Of a DNA stretch of 64,000 bases, positions 39,360-52,165 are shown piece after piece. Made by a program: the position numbers and the translations under genes. Every line of letters starts with the position of its first letter. The stretch's first letter is position 1. Origin of the DNA: Octopus sinensis (Eukaryota); NCBI RefSeq assembly GCF_006345805.1, contig NC_042998.1, forward strand, positions 46,190,001 through 46,254,000, written 5' to 3'. The notes below the pieces were generated by a model. It saw nothing but the letters and a program-made list of their open reading frames with translations, was not told where the DNA came from and did no database searches.

Positions 39360-39567
39360 TGGCTTTTCATGTTACTGCAGGGGCTAGAGGCGGTTATCTT
39401 TAATTGTGGGTGTAAAAATTTGGGGGATTTAGGAAAGGGGGGTAAAGAAGAGGGCAATAAAAAGAACCAGGCAAAGGAGATGAATAAAAGAAGAAAGAGA
39501 AAAGGAGACGACACGCACAACAACACCACCACCAAAATCCGAGCAAAGCACGGGTCAAAATAGCTAG
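39360..39567 (+). mobile_element. Helitron-like 3' end; paralog of 40424-40630
   Basis: Ends ccgagcaaagcacgggtcaaaatagCTAG|T. Confidence 0.6.
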
Positions 39568-40044
39568 TCTTTTTATATGTAGGTATGCCAAATATTCTGG
39601 TTTTGCGAATATTACAGAGACAAGGGTATATATAGACCTAAAATAAACTAGTTTATAAATGAGGAATTGTTGTCATGGAGAGAACGAGAAGTGAGAGAAA
39701 TAATTGCTATGGAAAATGTAACAGTCAGTTATGGATAGCATGACTTTGTGGATAATTTAACAGAAAATTACAAAGCAAAGTAAACAAAAAAAAAGAAACA
39801 AATGTGAAAGGAAGCTAATACAAACGCAACACTACACTGTTTACATAGTGCACGCGAATAATGAGCTCAGGAAAGCCACACTGAGATGTCTGCTTGACTG
39901 ACAGGAAACTAAATTTCTAGGTGCATTGGTTACATGGCTGTAATTAACTGAACATAGTATTGTGAAGCAAAGGCTGTTGGCTATTTCAGTTGTCCGCTGC
40001 TTGTAATAAGATCATTTCTACTATACAGGTGATATAAATATTAC

Positions 40045-40058
40045 CAGTGGTGGAGAAT
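40045..40058 (-). CDS. Candidate 14-nt microexon (D)SPPL, phase 1 to 0
   Basis: Strong acceptor cctgctttccctttctgtag and donor CTG|gtaata. Phase-compatible with exon 2. Confidence 0.35.
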
Positions 40059-40194
40059 CTACAGAAAGGGAAAGCAGGTAATAAATATAACTGCAAGAAC
40101 TGTTGCTGTTGTTTAATCTCATATAGGCCCCGGTTCAGCAAATTTATGCAAATTTATGATCAAAGGCATTTTAAATAGAATCATTCCATCAATA

Positions 40195-40630
40195 TCTATA
40201 AAACTGAAATGCGAAAAAGTTGTTTGATTTCTTGGGTATTTGTCTAATTTTGGGATGGGAATGGATTGGCACCAAAATTTACACAGGTGGGTAAAATGGG
40301 GTGGGCAATGGTGTGAAGAGGGTTGCAAGTCACTTGGGGCTACCGTTTGGTTGCCATGGTGAGGAATATGGGAAAAATTGAGTTTTATGGGATAGACAGA
40401 TTGCGCTGTTTGAATAATGGTGGCTTTTCGTGTTGCTGCAGGGGCTAGAGGCGGTTATCTTTAATTGTGGGTGTAAAAATTTGGGGGATTTTGGAAAGAG
40501 GGGTAAAGAAGAGGGCAATAAAAAGAACCAGGCAAAGAAGATGAACAAAAGAAGAAAGAGAAAAGGAGACAAAACGCACAAAACAACACCACCACCAAAA
40601 TCCGAGTGAAGCATGGGTCAAAATAGCTAG
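40195..40630 (+). mobile_element. Non-autonomous Helitron
   Basis: A|TCTATAAAACTG ... ccgagtgaagcatgggtcaaaatagCTAG|T (TC start, CTAG end, AT target). Confidence 0.7.
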
Positions 40631-41159
40631 TCTTTTTATATAACCAAAGCTAGGTAACATCACCACTGCCACCAACTGTCAATGCTGGATGATCATGCGT
40701 TCAGCATATTGCTAATTCTCTTTTTCTTTTGTCATTTCTTCTGTACTGCTCAGATCCTTAGGTCTCACCTGTTTTTTACCATGCTTTCTTCTCCCCCACC
40801 CTACTCCACCCACCACCACCATCATCACCATTGTCATCAACACTGTTGTCATTGTCGTTCTGTCATTCACTTTTCCATGCTCATATGAGTCAGAATTTAT
40901 TGAGAAAGATTTCTTGTAGTCATATGCCCTTCCTGTTACTAACCTTCACTTGTTTCCAAGAAAGGGAATATTTTCCCGTGGCCAGACATGTTCTTCAAAA
41001 AAGACTGGAAATGAACATCACCTGTCTCATGGTGTTGCTTGTTTACAACTATTCCATGATCTCAAGACAAGGCTACACACAAACACACACACAGGAAGCT
41101 GCAATACAAACATTTCAGAGTGTTTGGATGTCAATCTGAAGACATGTACCAAGAGTGAT

Positions 41160-41690
41160 AAAAATCAAACATCCAGTCAGCACCATGCCATGGTGTTTGG
41201 AGTGATCACTAGTGATGGCAACGTTATGCCTCTATTCATCTTCCCACATTGTCTCACACTCAACCCAGAGGCCTACACCAAATGCCTGGAGGAGGTAGTG
41301 CTGCCCTGGGTGAAGAGGGTGGCTGCTGGAAGAAGACCCTATGTCTGGCAACAGGACTCTGCACTATGCCAAACAAGCAGCAGAACCCAGCCATAGCTGT
41401 TAGACAATTTCTGTGACCACATCACCCCTAACATCTGGCCACCTAACTCCCCACACTGCAGCCCCCTTGATTATTATGTGTTGGGTGCAGTTGAGTGAGA
41501 GACTAACAAAACTTCTTGTAACACCAAAGATGAACTGAAGGCAAGGATTATGTCAGCATTCACCAACAAGGAAACCATCCAGAAGAGTTGCAGGAGATTC
41601 TGAAATCATCTGGCAGCCGGGGTTGAAGTCAATGGCGATTTTATTGAATAAATTTACTCTTTAGTATTTCAAAACATTGCTTAGAAAATA
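41160..41690 (+). mobile_element. Tc1/mariner (maT-like) transposase 3' fragment
   Basis: MVFGVITSDG...YVWQQDSA...WPPNSP..PLDYYV motifs. Confidence 0.8.
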
Positions 41691-42400
41691 TTTTTCATTT
41701 TTAACCTCGTATATAGTACGCTCTAGGGATTTTGACCTTTAAATTTTGGGAAAAAAAGTGCGGATTATACTTGAGGATTTACGGTACTTGTAATTTTTCT
41801 GCTCTTTTCAAATATATTCACACCCTTTAGTGATGTCTAAACAAAAGCTGAGTCACCATTAACTGCGAAAAAATTTCTAAAGCAACATGCAGATTCATAA
41901 AAACCATAGTTCTCAAAATATGTTAATCATACGGTTATAGTAATTACATGTTAAATAAAATTAATGGCAAGTATTGACATTCCCTTCCCTCCCTCCCCTT
42001 CTCTCTAGCTCTCTATCTATCTGTCTATCTCTTTATCTATCTGTCTATATCCCTGTACAGTTATGCATATGAATGTGCAGCTGGTATAATTTAATCTATA
42101 TTTTCCTTTCAAATATCATTCTAGTTTCATTATATATATATATATATCATCATTTTTCCATGCTTGTACAGGTTCAGATAGGATTTGCTGAGGTGGATTT
42201 TCTATAGAAAGATGCCCTTCCTGTTGCCAACCTTCACCTGTTTCCAAGTGAGGTAGTATTCCCCATGACCAATCATGTTTACATGGAAGGCTGGAAATGA
42301 AGGACACCACCTACAACATGCTGACATTCATTTACAACTGCTACATGAAGACAAGGCAAGGAGACAGCAGCACATGCATGCATGCTTACACACAAGCACA

Positions 42401-44654
42401 TTATTTACATTATTTACATTTGACAAGATGAGGACAAATATCTGTCAAATGTAAATAATGTACATAATTCCTCCTCTCTCAAATATAGAACTGTATTATC
42501 TAATCGGTATGGAGCCGACATAAGACATGCAGAGAAACTCTATCAAAAACTAGCTCAGCTTTCAAACCATCTAACTTTCCTGTGTAAATGTAGAGACTCA
42601 AAGCTAATACCACTTGGCTTGAATGTAATGACATCATTGCATTCGTATAAAGCTCAAAGAGTAACGGAAAGGGCAGGACATGTCTGTGTCCATGAGAGGA
42701 TCCATTATAACCACTGGAAAAACCATCAACTAAATAATGAAATCAGAGAGGGGTTATCTTCATTACTTAGGAAAATAACCAGAGATGATGATAGAAAGAG
42801 AATTCAACAAGATCTAGAAAAGCCGCACAAGAAAGAATTTGAAAAAGTGAAGACATGCCAGATTAAGAAGTTTATGAAACTCAAAGGTCAGAGAATGAAG
42901 ACTGAAGTCCGTTACCCATCTGTGAAAGCAGTAATTAATGTAAGTAGCAGACAACTAGAAAGCTCTGAAGAAGCAGTACTAAACAAAGGTCTCAACTTTG
43001 CAACAACCATCAAGTGCATTCCATACTTGGACATAATAGTCCCTATTGAAGAGATAGCCATAAAGATACCAAAAGATGAACTAAGGTGAAAAGTGAGAGA
43101 GGTACTAGAAAAAGCGAAACTCCTCAAACCATATATCAACACGGATCACTTTACACCAATGAAGTACAGACAACTGACTCAACACTAAAGTAAACTACCA
43201 CACATGTACAGTCTCCCTGAGATTCACAAGGATGGTATTCCATTAAGACCTATAGTGAGCTGTAGAGATTCAACATATCCACTGAGCCACTTCCTTGTGG
43301 ATATAATCAGTCCATTAGTAGGAAAGTTAACATCGTACATGAAGAATTCCATTTCACAGAATTGATCAAGGATATCCCCATTGGATCCAACCAAATGGTG
43401 AGTCTAGATGTGATAAGTTTGTTCACCAAAGTCCCAACTGATGAAGCACTATTGGTGATTCAAGAAAAACTAGTGGCAGACACCCATCTAAAAGAACGTA
43501 CTAGTATACCAATAGGAAACTTGATGGAAATGTTGATCTTCAGTGTAGAAACTACCTACTTCAGAATGGACACTAATATATATCAACAGAAAGAGGGTTT
43601 AGCTATGGGTTCGCCATTATCACCGATAATAGTCAATATATACATGGAATACTTTGAGAATTTGGCTTTAGGATCAATACCACTAAACCCAACCCTATGG
43701 CTGTGATATGTTGATGACACCTTTATACTCTGGTCCCACCAGGAAAATGTCCAAGTACTGTTAGATCATGTGAACTCAATAAAGACATCCATACAGTTCA
43801 CAATAGAAAACGAAAACGACAATCAGCTAGCATTCCTGGATGTATTAATAACACGCACCAAGTATGGATCCAGGATATCTGTATACCACAAGCCAACCTT
43901 CACTGGACGATACCTCAACTTCAATTCCCACCATCCATACAGTGTAAAGAGAGGGATTGCTCAGTGCCTAAAACATCGTTCAAAGAATATAAGTAGTGAT
44001 CATGATACACACCATGATGAAATGATCAAGCTCAATAACAATCTGTTAAGCAACAACTACTCCAAAAACATACTGTCCACTCCAATTATAAAGAAAAGAC
44101 ATGTGGCTCATATAACATCAGGACAGTATTCAAGAGTAATATAATACTTCACAAATATCTCCTTCGAGTAAAACCACCAGTAGAAGAGAATATGGCCAAA
44201 GACTGCGTGTACTCCATCCCATGCAGCTGTGGTAGGTTATACAGAGGGGAAACATGCTGCCCCCTCAAAATAAGGGTAGAGGAACATCGCAAAACTGTGA
44301 CATGAGGAGGTATTAATAAATTGGGTTTAGCTGATCATGTATGGAAAAATGGAGACCACCTCCCCCTGAGGGATGAAGTTAAAATAATAGACAGAGAACA
44401 CCACTGGAAAATATGAAAACTAAAAGAAGCAACACATATGCTAGGACACAACAACCTGCTAAGCAGATATAAGTAGCATATGGGAACCGGTATTAAGGAA
44501 GGATAGGAGGATATTAGATTTATAAACCCTAAAATAATTACATCGAAAAATACCTTAGGAATGAGAACCTGATGAAGGCTGGAGAATATATCAGCTGAAA
44601 TGTAGCGTGTTAACAACAAACAAAATAATTCCTCATCTCAAATATAGAACTGTA
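42401..44654 (+). mobile_element. Near-full-length degenerate Penelope/Poseidon-type PLE with direct partial terminal repeats and a 5' inverted segment
   Basis: N-terminus HLTFLCKCRDSKLIP; RT GLAMGSPLSP, YVDD, FLDV; GIY-YIG VYSIPCSCGRLYRGET. Terminal repeat at 42424-42494 and 44539-44654. 42401-42424 is inverted to 42444-42467. Degraded 14-bp TSD tacacacaagcaca / tacaaacaagcata. Confidence 0.9.
44569..44612 (+). ncRNA. Degenerate hammerhead motif in the PLE 3' terminal repeat
   Basis: CTGATGA-A-GGCTG-gagaatatat-CAGCT-GAAA-TGTA-gc-GTGTT. The upstream stem I strand is lost by a deletion. Confidence 0.45.
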
Positions 44655-45781
44655 TACAAACAAGCATACACACATACACACACACACACACAATAGGTTT
44701 CTTTCAGATTCTGCCTGCCAAATCCTCTCACAAGGCTTCGTTTGGCCCAGGGATATAGTAGAAGACACTTGTCTAAGGTGACATGCAGTTGTACTGAACC
44801 TGAGACTATATGGTTGGGAATGAAACTTCTTACCACACAGCCATGCCTATGCCTATTATGTCTATATGCACATATGTGTGTGTGTGTCTATCTACGTGTG
44901 TGTGTGTGTGTGTGCGTGTATGTAACCCAAAACTATCAAAATATATATATAAACATGTAAAAAACATACATTGTTCCATCATTTAAATATTCATTTTTTT
45001 TAAACCTCTATGATACATTAACCTTTAATCATTGAGACTGACCAGATCCAACAACTCATACCTATCCAACAATGTCATTCTGAAAATAAACTATCACATC
45101 TTCAAAATCTCTAAGCTACAAAATGTATCAGTGTCTACCTACTTAATTATATCTCACTTCGTTTGTGAGAACACCCGGGCAAGTGGGTTAGAGTGTAGCA
45201 TTCATGGTTGTGAGATCATAAGTTTGATTCCTGGACCAGGTATGCATTGTGTTCTTGTGTTCTTGAGGCAAAGTGCTTCATCTCACATTGTTCTGCAATC
45301 TCTTTGACATCTGACATGTGGAACACATACAAGTTTGGAGGGGCAGGGTTGTTGTTTTGAAACTGAAATCTGATCTCTTTTACTCTTTTACTTGTTTCAG
45401 TCATTTGACTGCGGCCATGCTGGAGCACCGCCTTTTAGTCGAGCAAATCGACCCCGGGACTTATTCTTTGTAAGCCCAGTACTTATTTTATCGGTCTCTT
45501 TTGCCGAACCGCTAAGTAACGGGGACGTAAACACACCAGCATCGGTTGTCAAGCAATGCTAGGGGGACAAACACAGACACACAAACACATACACACACAC
45601 ATATATATATACATATATACGACAGGCTTCTTTCAGTTTCCGCCTACCAAATCCACTCACAAGGCATTGGTCGGCCCGGGGCTATAGCAGAAGACACTTG
45701 CCCAAGATGCCACGCAGTGGGACTGAACCCGGAACCATGTAGCTGGTTAGCAAGCTACTTACCACACAGCCACTCCTGCTG

Positions 45782-45822
<41 letters not shown>

Positions 45823-45952
45823 TTTGGGTATGGTAGATGAGTTCAGCAAAAAAATTAGATTCTGATGAATATGGTACTTAAGTTGAGGCACCAGAATTTA
45901 GTATGGTATTATCCATACAATTTCATCTGAATCTAAATTTTTGTTTATTTTG

Positions 45953-46006
<54 letters not shown>

Positions 46007-46559
46007 TATACCTCAATTTACATTGTTAATTGGCTCCAACATATGTGACTTGAAAAACAATATAACAAAAAATCATTAAAAAAAATTTCTAAGCATATAT
46101 CTGTTTGAATAAACGATTTGTACATATTTTCACATATATTTTATTTGATTTTCCATTCAGTATTGATTTTTAGGTGTTTTTAGATTTTTATGCTTTTAAA
46201 TATGTTCACTGAGATCAACATGAAGTTGGATGAATTGACGAAAGTTAAGGTTTATTTTTGCATTAATGGAAGTTAAGGTTTATTTTTCCATGTAAAGTAA
46301 AAAAGGATGTAACTTAGAACAACATAAGTTGATTGACCAACAAACTGACCTACCTATTTATCTAAACACAAATTCACATGCATGTTGTTACTGAAAGAGA
46401 TATAGCACAGTTGGTATGTAAGAGAATTAGATGAGAGGAAAAGCGGTTTGAATTTGTGCTACTGATGTCCTCTGCCTAATGAGATAATTATGGATGTACT
46501 TAACTAGGAGTAAATATTTATCTACCATACATTGATTGACCTAACAAAAGTCTTTGATA

Positions 46560-47330
46560 GGGTTCCATGCTCTGTAATCAGATAGGACTGGGTTACAAAA
46601 TCAAGATCATAGCTACAGAAGCAGTGAAGGAGTAGGATTTATGATGGAAGATTTAGAGTGGCTGGGGTGGGAAGCGGTGAAGCTGAGGCAAGAGTGGGAG
46701 TCAGGTGAATATATAGAAAATAGATGTGGAAAGGAAGAAGTTTAGGTGATCAATGATGATAGAGGAGGAGGAGATGGTTGAATAGAACTCGAGGGCTAGG
46801 TAGAAATGATTGATGAAGGTAATGAGAGTAGTGAATTAAGAATGAGTGAAGGAGGTGGTTCTGATGTGATCCTTGATGTGTTTACTATACAGTTCAGAGG
46901 TGGAACCTGTGAGCCAGGCAAAGACTTGAGCCCTGATGTAATCTACAAAGAGGTTAACATAGCTAAGACCTATCCTAGTTCTCAGGGACATCCCAGTGAT
47001 TTGCTGGTAAAATTTGCCATGGAAAGGAAAAGAATAAATTTAGCAAGGCAAAGGGAAGCAGAGGTGCTGGGTTTGAGGTTAGTGTGATGATCTTAAAAAT
47101 ACTTGAGGATGAGAAGATTAGCATTGTGTCGGCTGATAATGTATAGGGATTTAACATCTATATAGTGAAGAGGTGCATGGAGGAGCTAGATGAGAAGAGT
47201 ATGAGGAGGGCAGTAACTATGGGTTGGAAGAGCAGTAATTGTTTGCTTCCCCACCAGTTTTAGTTTCCATACACACTCCACAAACTCTGTCCTTCCACTC
47301 ACTTCTCTTACAATGAAATGTATGCAGCTG
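46560..47330 (-). mobile_element. Decayed Penelope-like RT relic (Neptune-like motifs)
   Basis: YQQITGMSLRTRIGLSYVNLFVDYIRAQVF...ELYSKHIKD resembles the PLE motif YxQxxGVAMGTxMGPSYANLF...RYIDD. Confidence 0.65.
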
Positions 47331-48298
47331 TCAAGGGCAAAATGTAAAACCTTACAAAGTGACCAGTTCAGATAGTTTCCTGTCTATGGTCAACTGGAGA
47401 ATATTTTGATGACTTTGTTCATGAAAACTGTAGAGGTATTGCATGAGGTACCTAGATAAAGATGTGGATGATTCTTGGTCGAGGTGGGTAATGGATAAAA
47501 GGTAGTCGTATAGTCATTGAAGTCAACATTGATGCAGTTGACACCAAGCAAGTCGTTGGTGCATGAGTGGGGAAGAGCGTAGAGGCAAAAAAACTGAACT
47601 TTGGGTATGGTTATATATAACCAGCTCTTTGACAACTCAGAACCTCTCTTTCCCTTTTTTGTGGTCATTATGAAAGGTTTCACACAGCTAGATAAATTAG
47701 GAGCTTTCTTGCTGTCATTACACACGATTGATGTTTTGTTCTTGAAACTTTAATGAAAACAAAGTCGTCATTTTTGAGAAACTTTCTTATCTGTCTGATT
47801 ATGGATCAAATATCATGTTATTGACATTTTATCAACCATTTCACCAGAAGATAGGAGGATTAAGGTGACAACATTGAGTCTGCTGTGTTTAGTTTGTTTT
47901 ATTCATATTTTCTCAGTACAAATTCACAAGATTTATTTTTTACTCGAGTCAGTCATTATACGGCAGCCATGCTGGGGCACCACCTTGAAGCCACTGGTCA
48001 AACAGATCGATCCCAGCACTTATTTTTTTTTAAAGTTCGGTACTCATTCTTTTGGTCTCTTTTGCCAATCAGCTAAGTTATAGGGACGCAAACAAACCAA
48101 CACAGGTTGTCAAGCAGGGGTAGGAGACTCACACACATGCGCGACAGACGTCTTTTCGTTTTCCACTACCAAGTCCACTCAGAAAGCTTTATGAAAACAA
48201 GTAAAACTAATTAATAGCTTCAGGAAAATAAATAAATAAATAAAAACTTTAGATTAGGTCACTAGGGCAACGAAAGAGTAGATTGAATACTCATTCAC

Positions 48299-48317
48299 CT
48301 GATATACAACATAACAT
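48299..48317 (-). CDS. Candidate alternative first coding exon MLCCIS
   Basis: ATG with an in-frame TAG 9 codons upstream, donor CAG|gtgaat, phase 1. A CpG-retaining patch lies upstream (48440-48680). Confidence 0.3.
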
Positions 48318-49653
48318 TCCAGTAATAGCAAAACGATTATGCTATTTGTATTTTACCATTCCAACTAAGTTCTACTGACTATTTAAATTTTTTTTAAAAA
48401 ACGTAATTACATCCAATTAGATTATATGTTTGTATCAGAAATACATAAAAACCGTCTTTTATTTTGATTAAATTCAAATACGTCATCTTAGTAATCAAAA
48501 CTTAGTGTTACAAGGAATGCTGGAGTTATGTGGGCGGGTCAAATATGCAGGGAGAGTAAATTGTCACATTCATTCAACTAAGAGAGAGAGAGAGAGCCGC
48601 GAAACAAAAAAGGAATACAAACGCTCAAGGGAAATAGCAAGCAAGCATCTGTTAAGTACAGAAGGGTCACACAGCTCGAACTATACTAAATACTCTGACA
48701 TACACACACATTCAATATATGTATGTATGCACATATGTAGATGTACGTGTGTGTGTGTGTGCGTATATATGTGTGTGTGTGTGTGTACATTACACAACGT
48801 ATATTAAAAGCTAAGGAGAGCTTCTGTGCGTTTATTCGACTAGAAGTAGCAACCAAATCCTTTCAAATCACACACTGTCGTCCTATATAAAGGAATGATA
48901 CATCGGCTACTGTAGTCCTAGATATGCAAAAAAAAAAAAAAAAAGTGCAATGGTCGTAAGAGGAACGCCTTTCATCATACGTCTATTCAATCAGGCTAAC
49001 TTGGGTGGGACTGAGCAACATCAACACAATATTGCTTACGTGCGCAACAACATGTCACATACAAAGAATCTATTTTTAAAATAAGGAATACATCTTATCG
49101 ATTAGAAATATCAATCCAGCACGTGAAGGGAACAGACGTTTGTTATATTTTATTGGGATGAAAAGAAAGTGGATCTCAGTGAAACGAGAGAAACGGTTGA
49201 TGTAATTAATTAAGAGCAATCTGGTTTACGCCTTGTTTAATTATTGAAAACCACTGGGTTCCTCAGTTTCAAGGTATTTATCAAATCGAATATTAACATT
49301 GATTTAATGTTGAGAAAAACAAATGTGCTTGCATTAAAAGAAAATCCGCCCACCGCAGAAAATTTGGGACAGATATATATTCATATATACATACATACAC
49401 ACACATGGGTTGTGTACAACGTTATTACAATGTTAATTATTAAGAAATATACAGAGGAAAAATTTTGTTGACATTTATAAGAATATTAAACATTATCAAT
49501 TTTAATTGACATTTGTCATCGTTGTTCGAAATATCACACCTGTTGATTATAATTCTTTCTAGCAGTTTTGAGAGGAAAGGAATTAGCCGATACCATCGAT
49601 CCAAGTACTTGACTGGTACATCATTTAATCGACCCCGAATAAATAATAATATG

Positions 49654-49685
<32 letters not shown>

Positions 49686-49991
49686 TCTTTCTACTATAGG
49701 CACAAGGCCTGGTATTTAACGGAGGCGGATTAAGCGATTATATGGACCCCAGAGGTGTTCGACTGCTACTTATTTTATCGACCCCCGAAAGGATGAAAGA
49801 AGTCAAACTCGGCGGAATTTGAACTCAGAACATAATAAAAAAAGGAAATAATAATATAATTAAAAAAAGCTTGATAAACTATGAGTCACAAAGCGAAAGT
49901 TTACAAGTTGAATTACGTAATAAAAAGTACGTTTAAAAGTTGTTATATGAGTATTTCTAAGTATATACATATGTATGTGATGGGTAAATAA

Positions 49992-50072
<81 letters not shown>

Positions 50073-50160
50073 CATATACATGTGTGTGTGTGTACGTGTA
50101 CAGACAAAGAGAGAGAATAGGGTGAAAAATAAACCAAACATGGGAACAGATATAACTTAC

Positions 50161-50226
50161 TTTAACACTGATATTTTTTGCGGCAAAATATCCCACAGAA
50201 ACCGATGTTAAACTATCGAGCTCCAT
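50161..50226 (-). CDS. FERM gene coding exon 1: MELDSLTSVSVGYFAAKNISVK
   Basis: ATG has an in-frame TAA 5 codons upstream. Donor AAA|gtaagt, phase 0, matching exon 2. Adjacent to a CpG-rich region. Confidence 0.75.
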
Positions 50227-51240
50227 AATCAGAATCAGTTAGTGAACAGCACAACTTTCCATTTCTGTTTCCCTGATCCAAGTTGTCGAACCCGCCTGAC
50301 TGTTTTCGACGCAACAATCAGATTTACGAATGACAAAAATAGAAGAGTGCAAACCGCGCGAAGCTCACCCAACTGCTGTGTTCAACTTGCTTAGCCTTGC
50401 AGAACCGTAGTCATATTAAGAGAACGGGAAAAAGAGGTGAATGTTTAAACGCTTAGACGACACACGCACAAATATATTCGTATGTGTGCACACACACAAG
50501 CGCACGCGCGCACACGGAGGCATAACTACACAAGTGTGCCTCGTCCCCCCCCCCCCCCACCGCATTTGTTTTCTTCTATCTTTCTAAACAATGGATTTCT
50601 TTTAATGAAATTTTCAACACACACCTTTCAGATAGTCCAGATTACGATGATATCGGAAGTTAATGTGGAAAGAGGCGGAAAAAAAAGTTGGGTGAGGGGC
50701 ACATTCGTACTGTCACGCGCGCGAGTATGTACGTGTGTGTGCGAGCACCCACCACATTTTTTCATATTAAATTCTTATATAAACGGAGTCTACACCAACG
50801 GAAAGGTATTTGTAGAAAATTTTATTACAAAAATAACCATTTTTCTTAACGTTATGAGGAAACAAATTCGAAGATGGGGGTACATTTGTGTAGACGTGTG
50901 TCTGTGTGCATGTGACTGCACTTGTGCAGTACGAAGGAGCTTGTACGCTGAGGCTCGCCCTGCTTGAAATAGCAGCTAAATTTCTCTTAAAATCACAACA
51001 CCTGTGTTATGAAATGAAGGAAAGATTGGACAATGCAGTTTGACCCGGTCATAAAAAGAAAATACTGTAATAGTTGTAAAACAACTTCCTCTAAACGAAT
51101 ATGACAAAAAAAAAAAAAAATGCGCGCTCGCGAAAGGGGTGGTGGAGGAGAGGACTCAGAAAATTCCCATCTTCAGTCCATGGCCTTTAAACTATAGTTG
51201 TTTGGCCCGGGCCGGAAAAAAAGAGGATCGAGTAAGCAGT
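50227..51240. promoter_or_regulatory. CpG-retaining putative promoter/5'UTR region, possibly bidirectional
   Basis: Visibly dense in CG and CGCG relative to the rest of the window, and directly upstream of the start codon. Confidence 0.5.
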
Positions 51241-51470
51241 CCAGCTTTGATTATATCATTTTTATGGTGAGGGGTTTCTTTAAAAATGATACATTTGTAA
51301 GTCTTAAAGAATTTTTAGTTGAATGAATAGACACCAAAACTAATGTTTTTTTAAGCGTGGTACTTATTCTATAGGTTGCTTTTGCTGAACCACTAAGTTA
51401 AAGGGACGTAAACACACCAACACCAGTTATCAAGTGGTGATGGAGGACAAACACAAAGACACATACACAC

Positions 51471-51509
<39 letters not shown>

Positions 51510-51510
<1 letters not shown>

Positions 51511-52010
51511 TAGCAGTATCGCCCGGCGTTGCTCGGGTTTGTAAGGGAAATAACTACATAAGCATTTTTAGAGAGTTACTTCCCTTATAGATGCCAATTC
51601 GGGCTTTCTTAGCCATTTCTGTTTTGGTGTCTTCAAGCCATGAAGTCGTTGTTCTAAAAGAACGCTGGTCAACTTGACAACGCATTACGACGTTGATTTC
51701 CTTAAACTCCCTTCCCCACAGCTTCACGAGGGGGAGAAGCAAACAGGTGCAGATGTGAGCGTGGACGCCAACTCCGCCGCCATCGACACACGAAAAATTA
51801 TGCATTAAAATGGAATAAAAAATGATGTTAAATTATTTTTAAAATCGTAGACTCATCGTAGACGCGCGCTAATACTCAGACGGGCTTGATATGAATCACG
51901 ACTATAAGATACCCGAATTTGGTTAAACTGCACCGCAAAATGTGGGAGGAGTTAGGAATCTAAATCGTAGGAGACAGACACTCACACAACTACAGTTTTA
52001 TATATATAGA
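51510..52010 (-). mobile_element. Complete non-autonomous Helitron (501 bp) inserted in the (TA)n core of a SINE A
   Basis: Minus strand: A|TCTATATATATAAAACTG ... cccgagcaacgccggg hairpin ... CTAG|T. Confidence 0.88.
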
Positions 52011-52165
52011 TATATACTTACACGTACTGCAGACTTCTTTCAGTTTCCGTCTACCAAATCTACTGACAAGGATTTGGTCAGCCCAAGGCTACAGTAAAAG
52101 ACACTTGCCCAAGGTGTCATACAGTGGGAGTGAAACTAGAACCATGTGGTTAGGAAGCAAGCTTC

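Noticed and set aside
46354-46390. Exon-like segment with good acceptor and donor
   Set aside because: Stop codons in all three frames.
49860-50211. HTHT/YIYI/CVCV-type ORFs here and throughout (e.g. 1071-1350, 53535-54007)
   Set aside because: Translations of CA/TA microsatellites.
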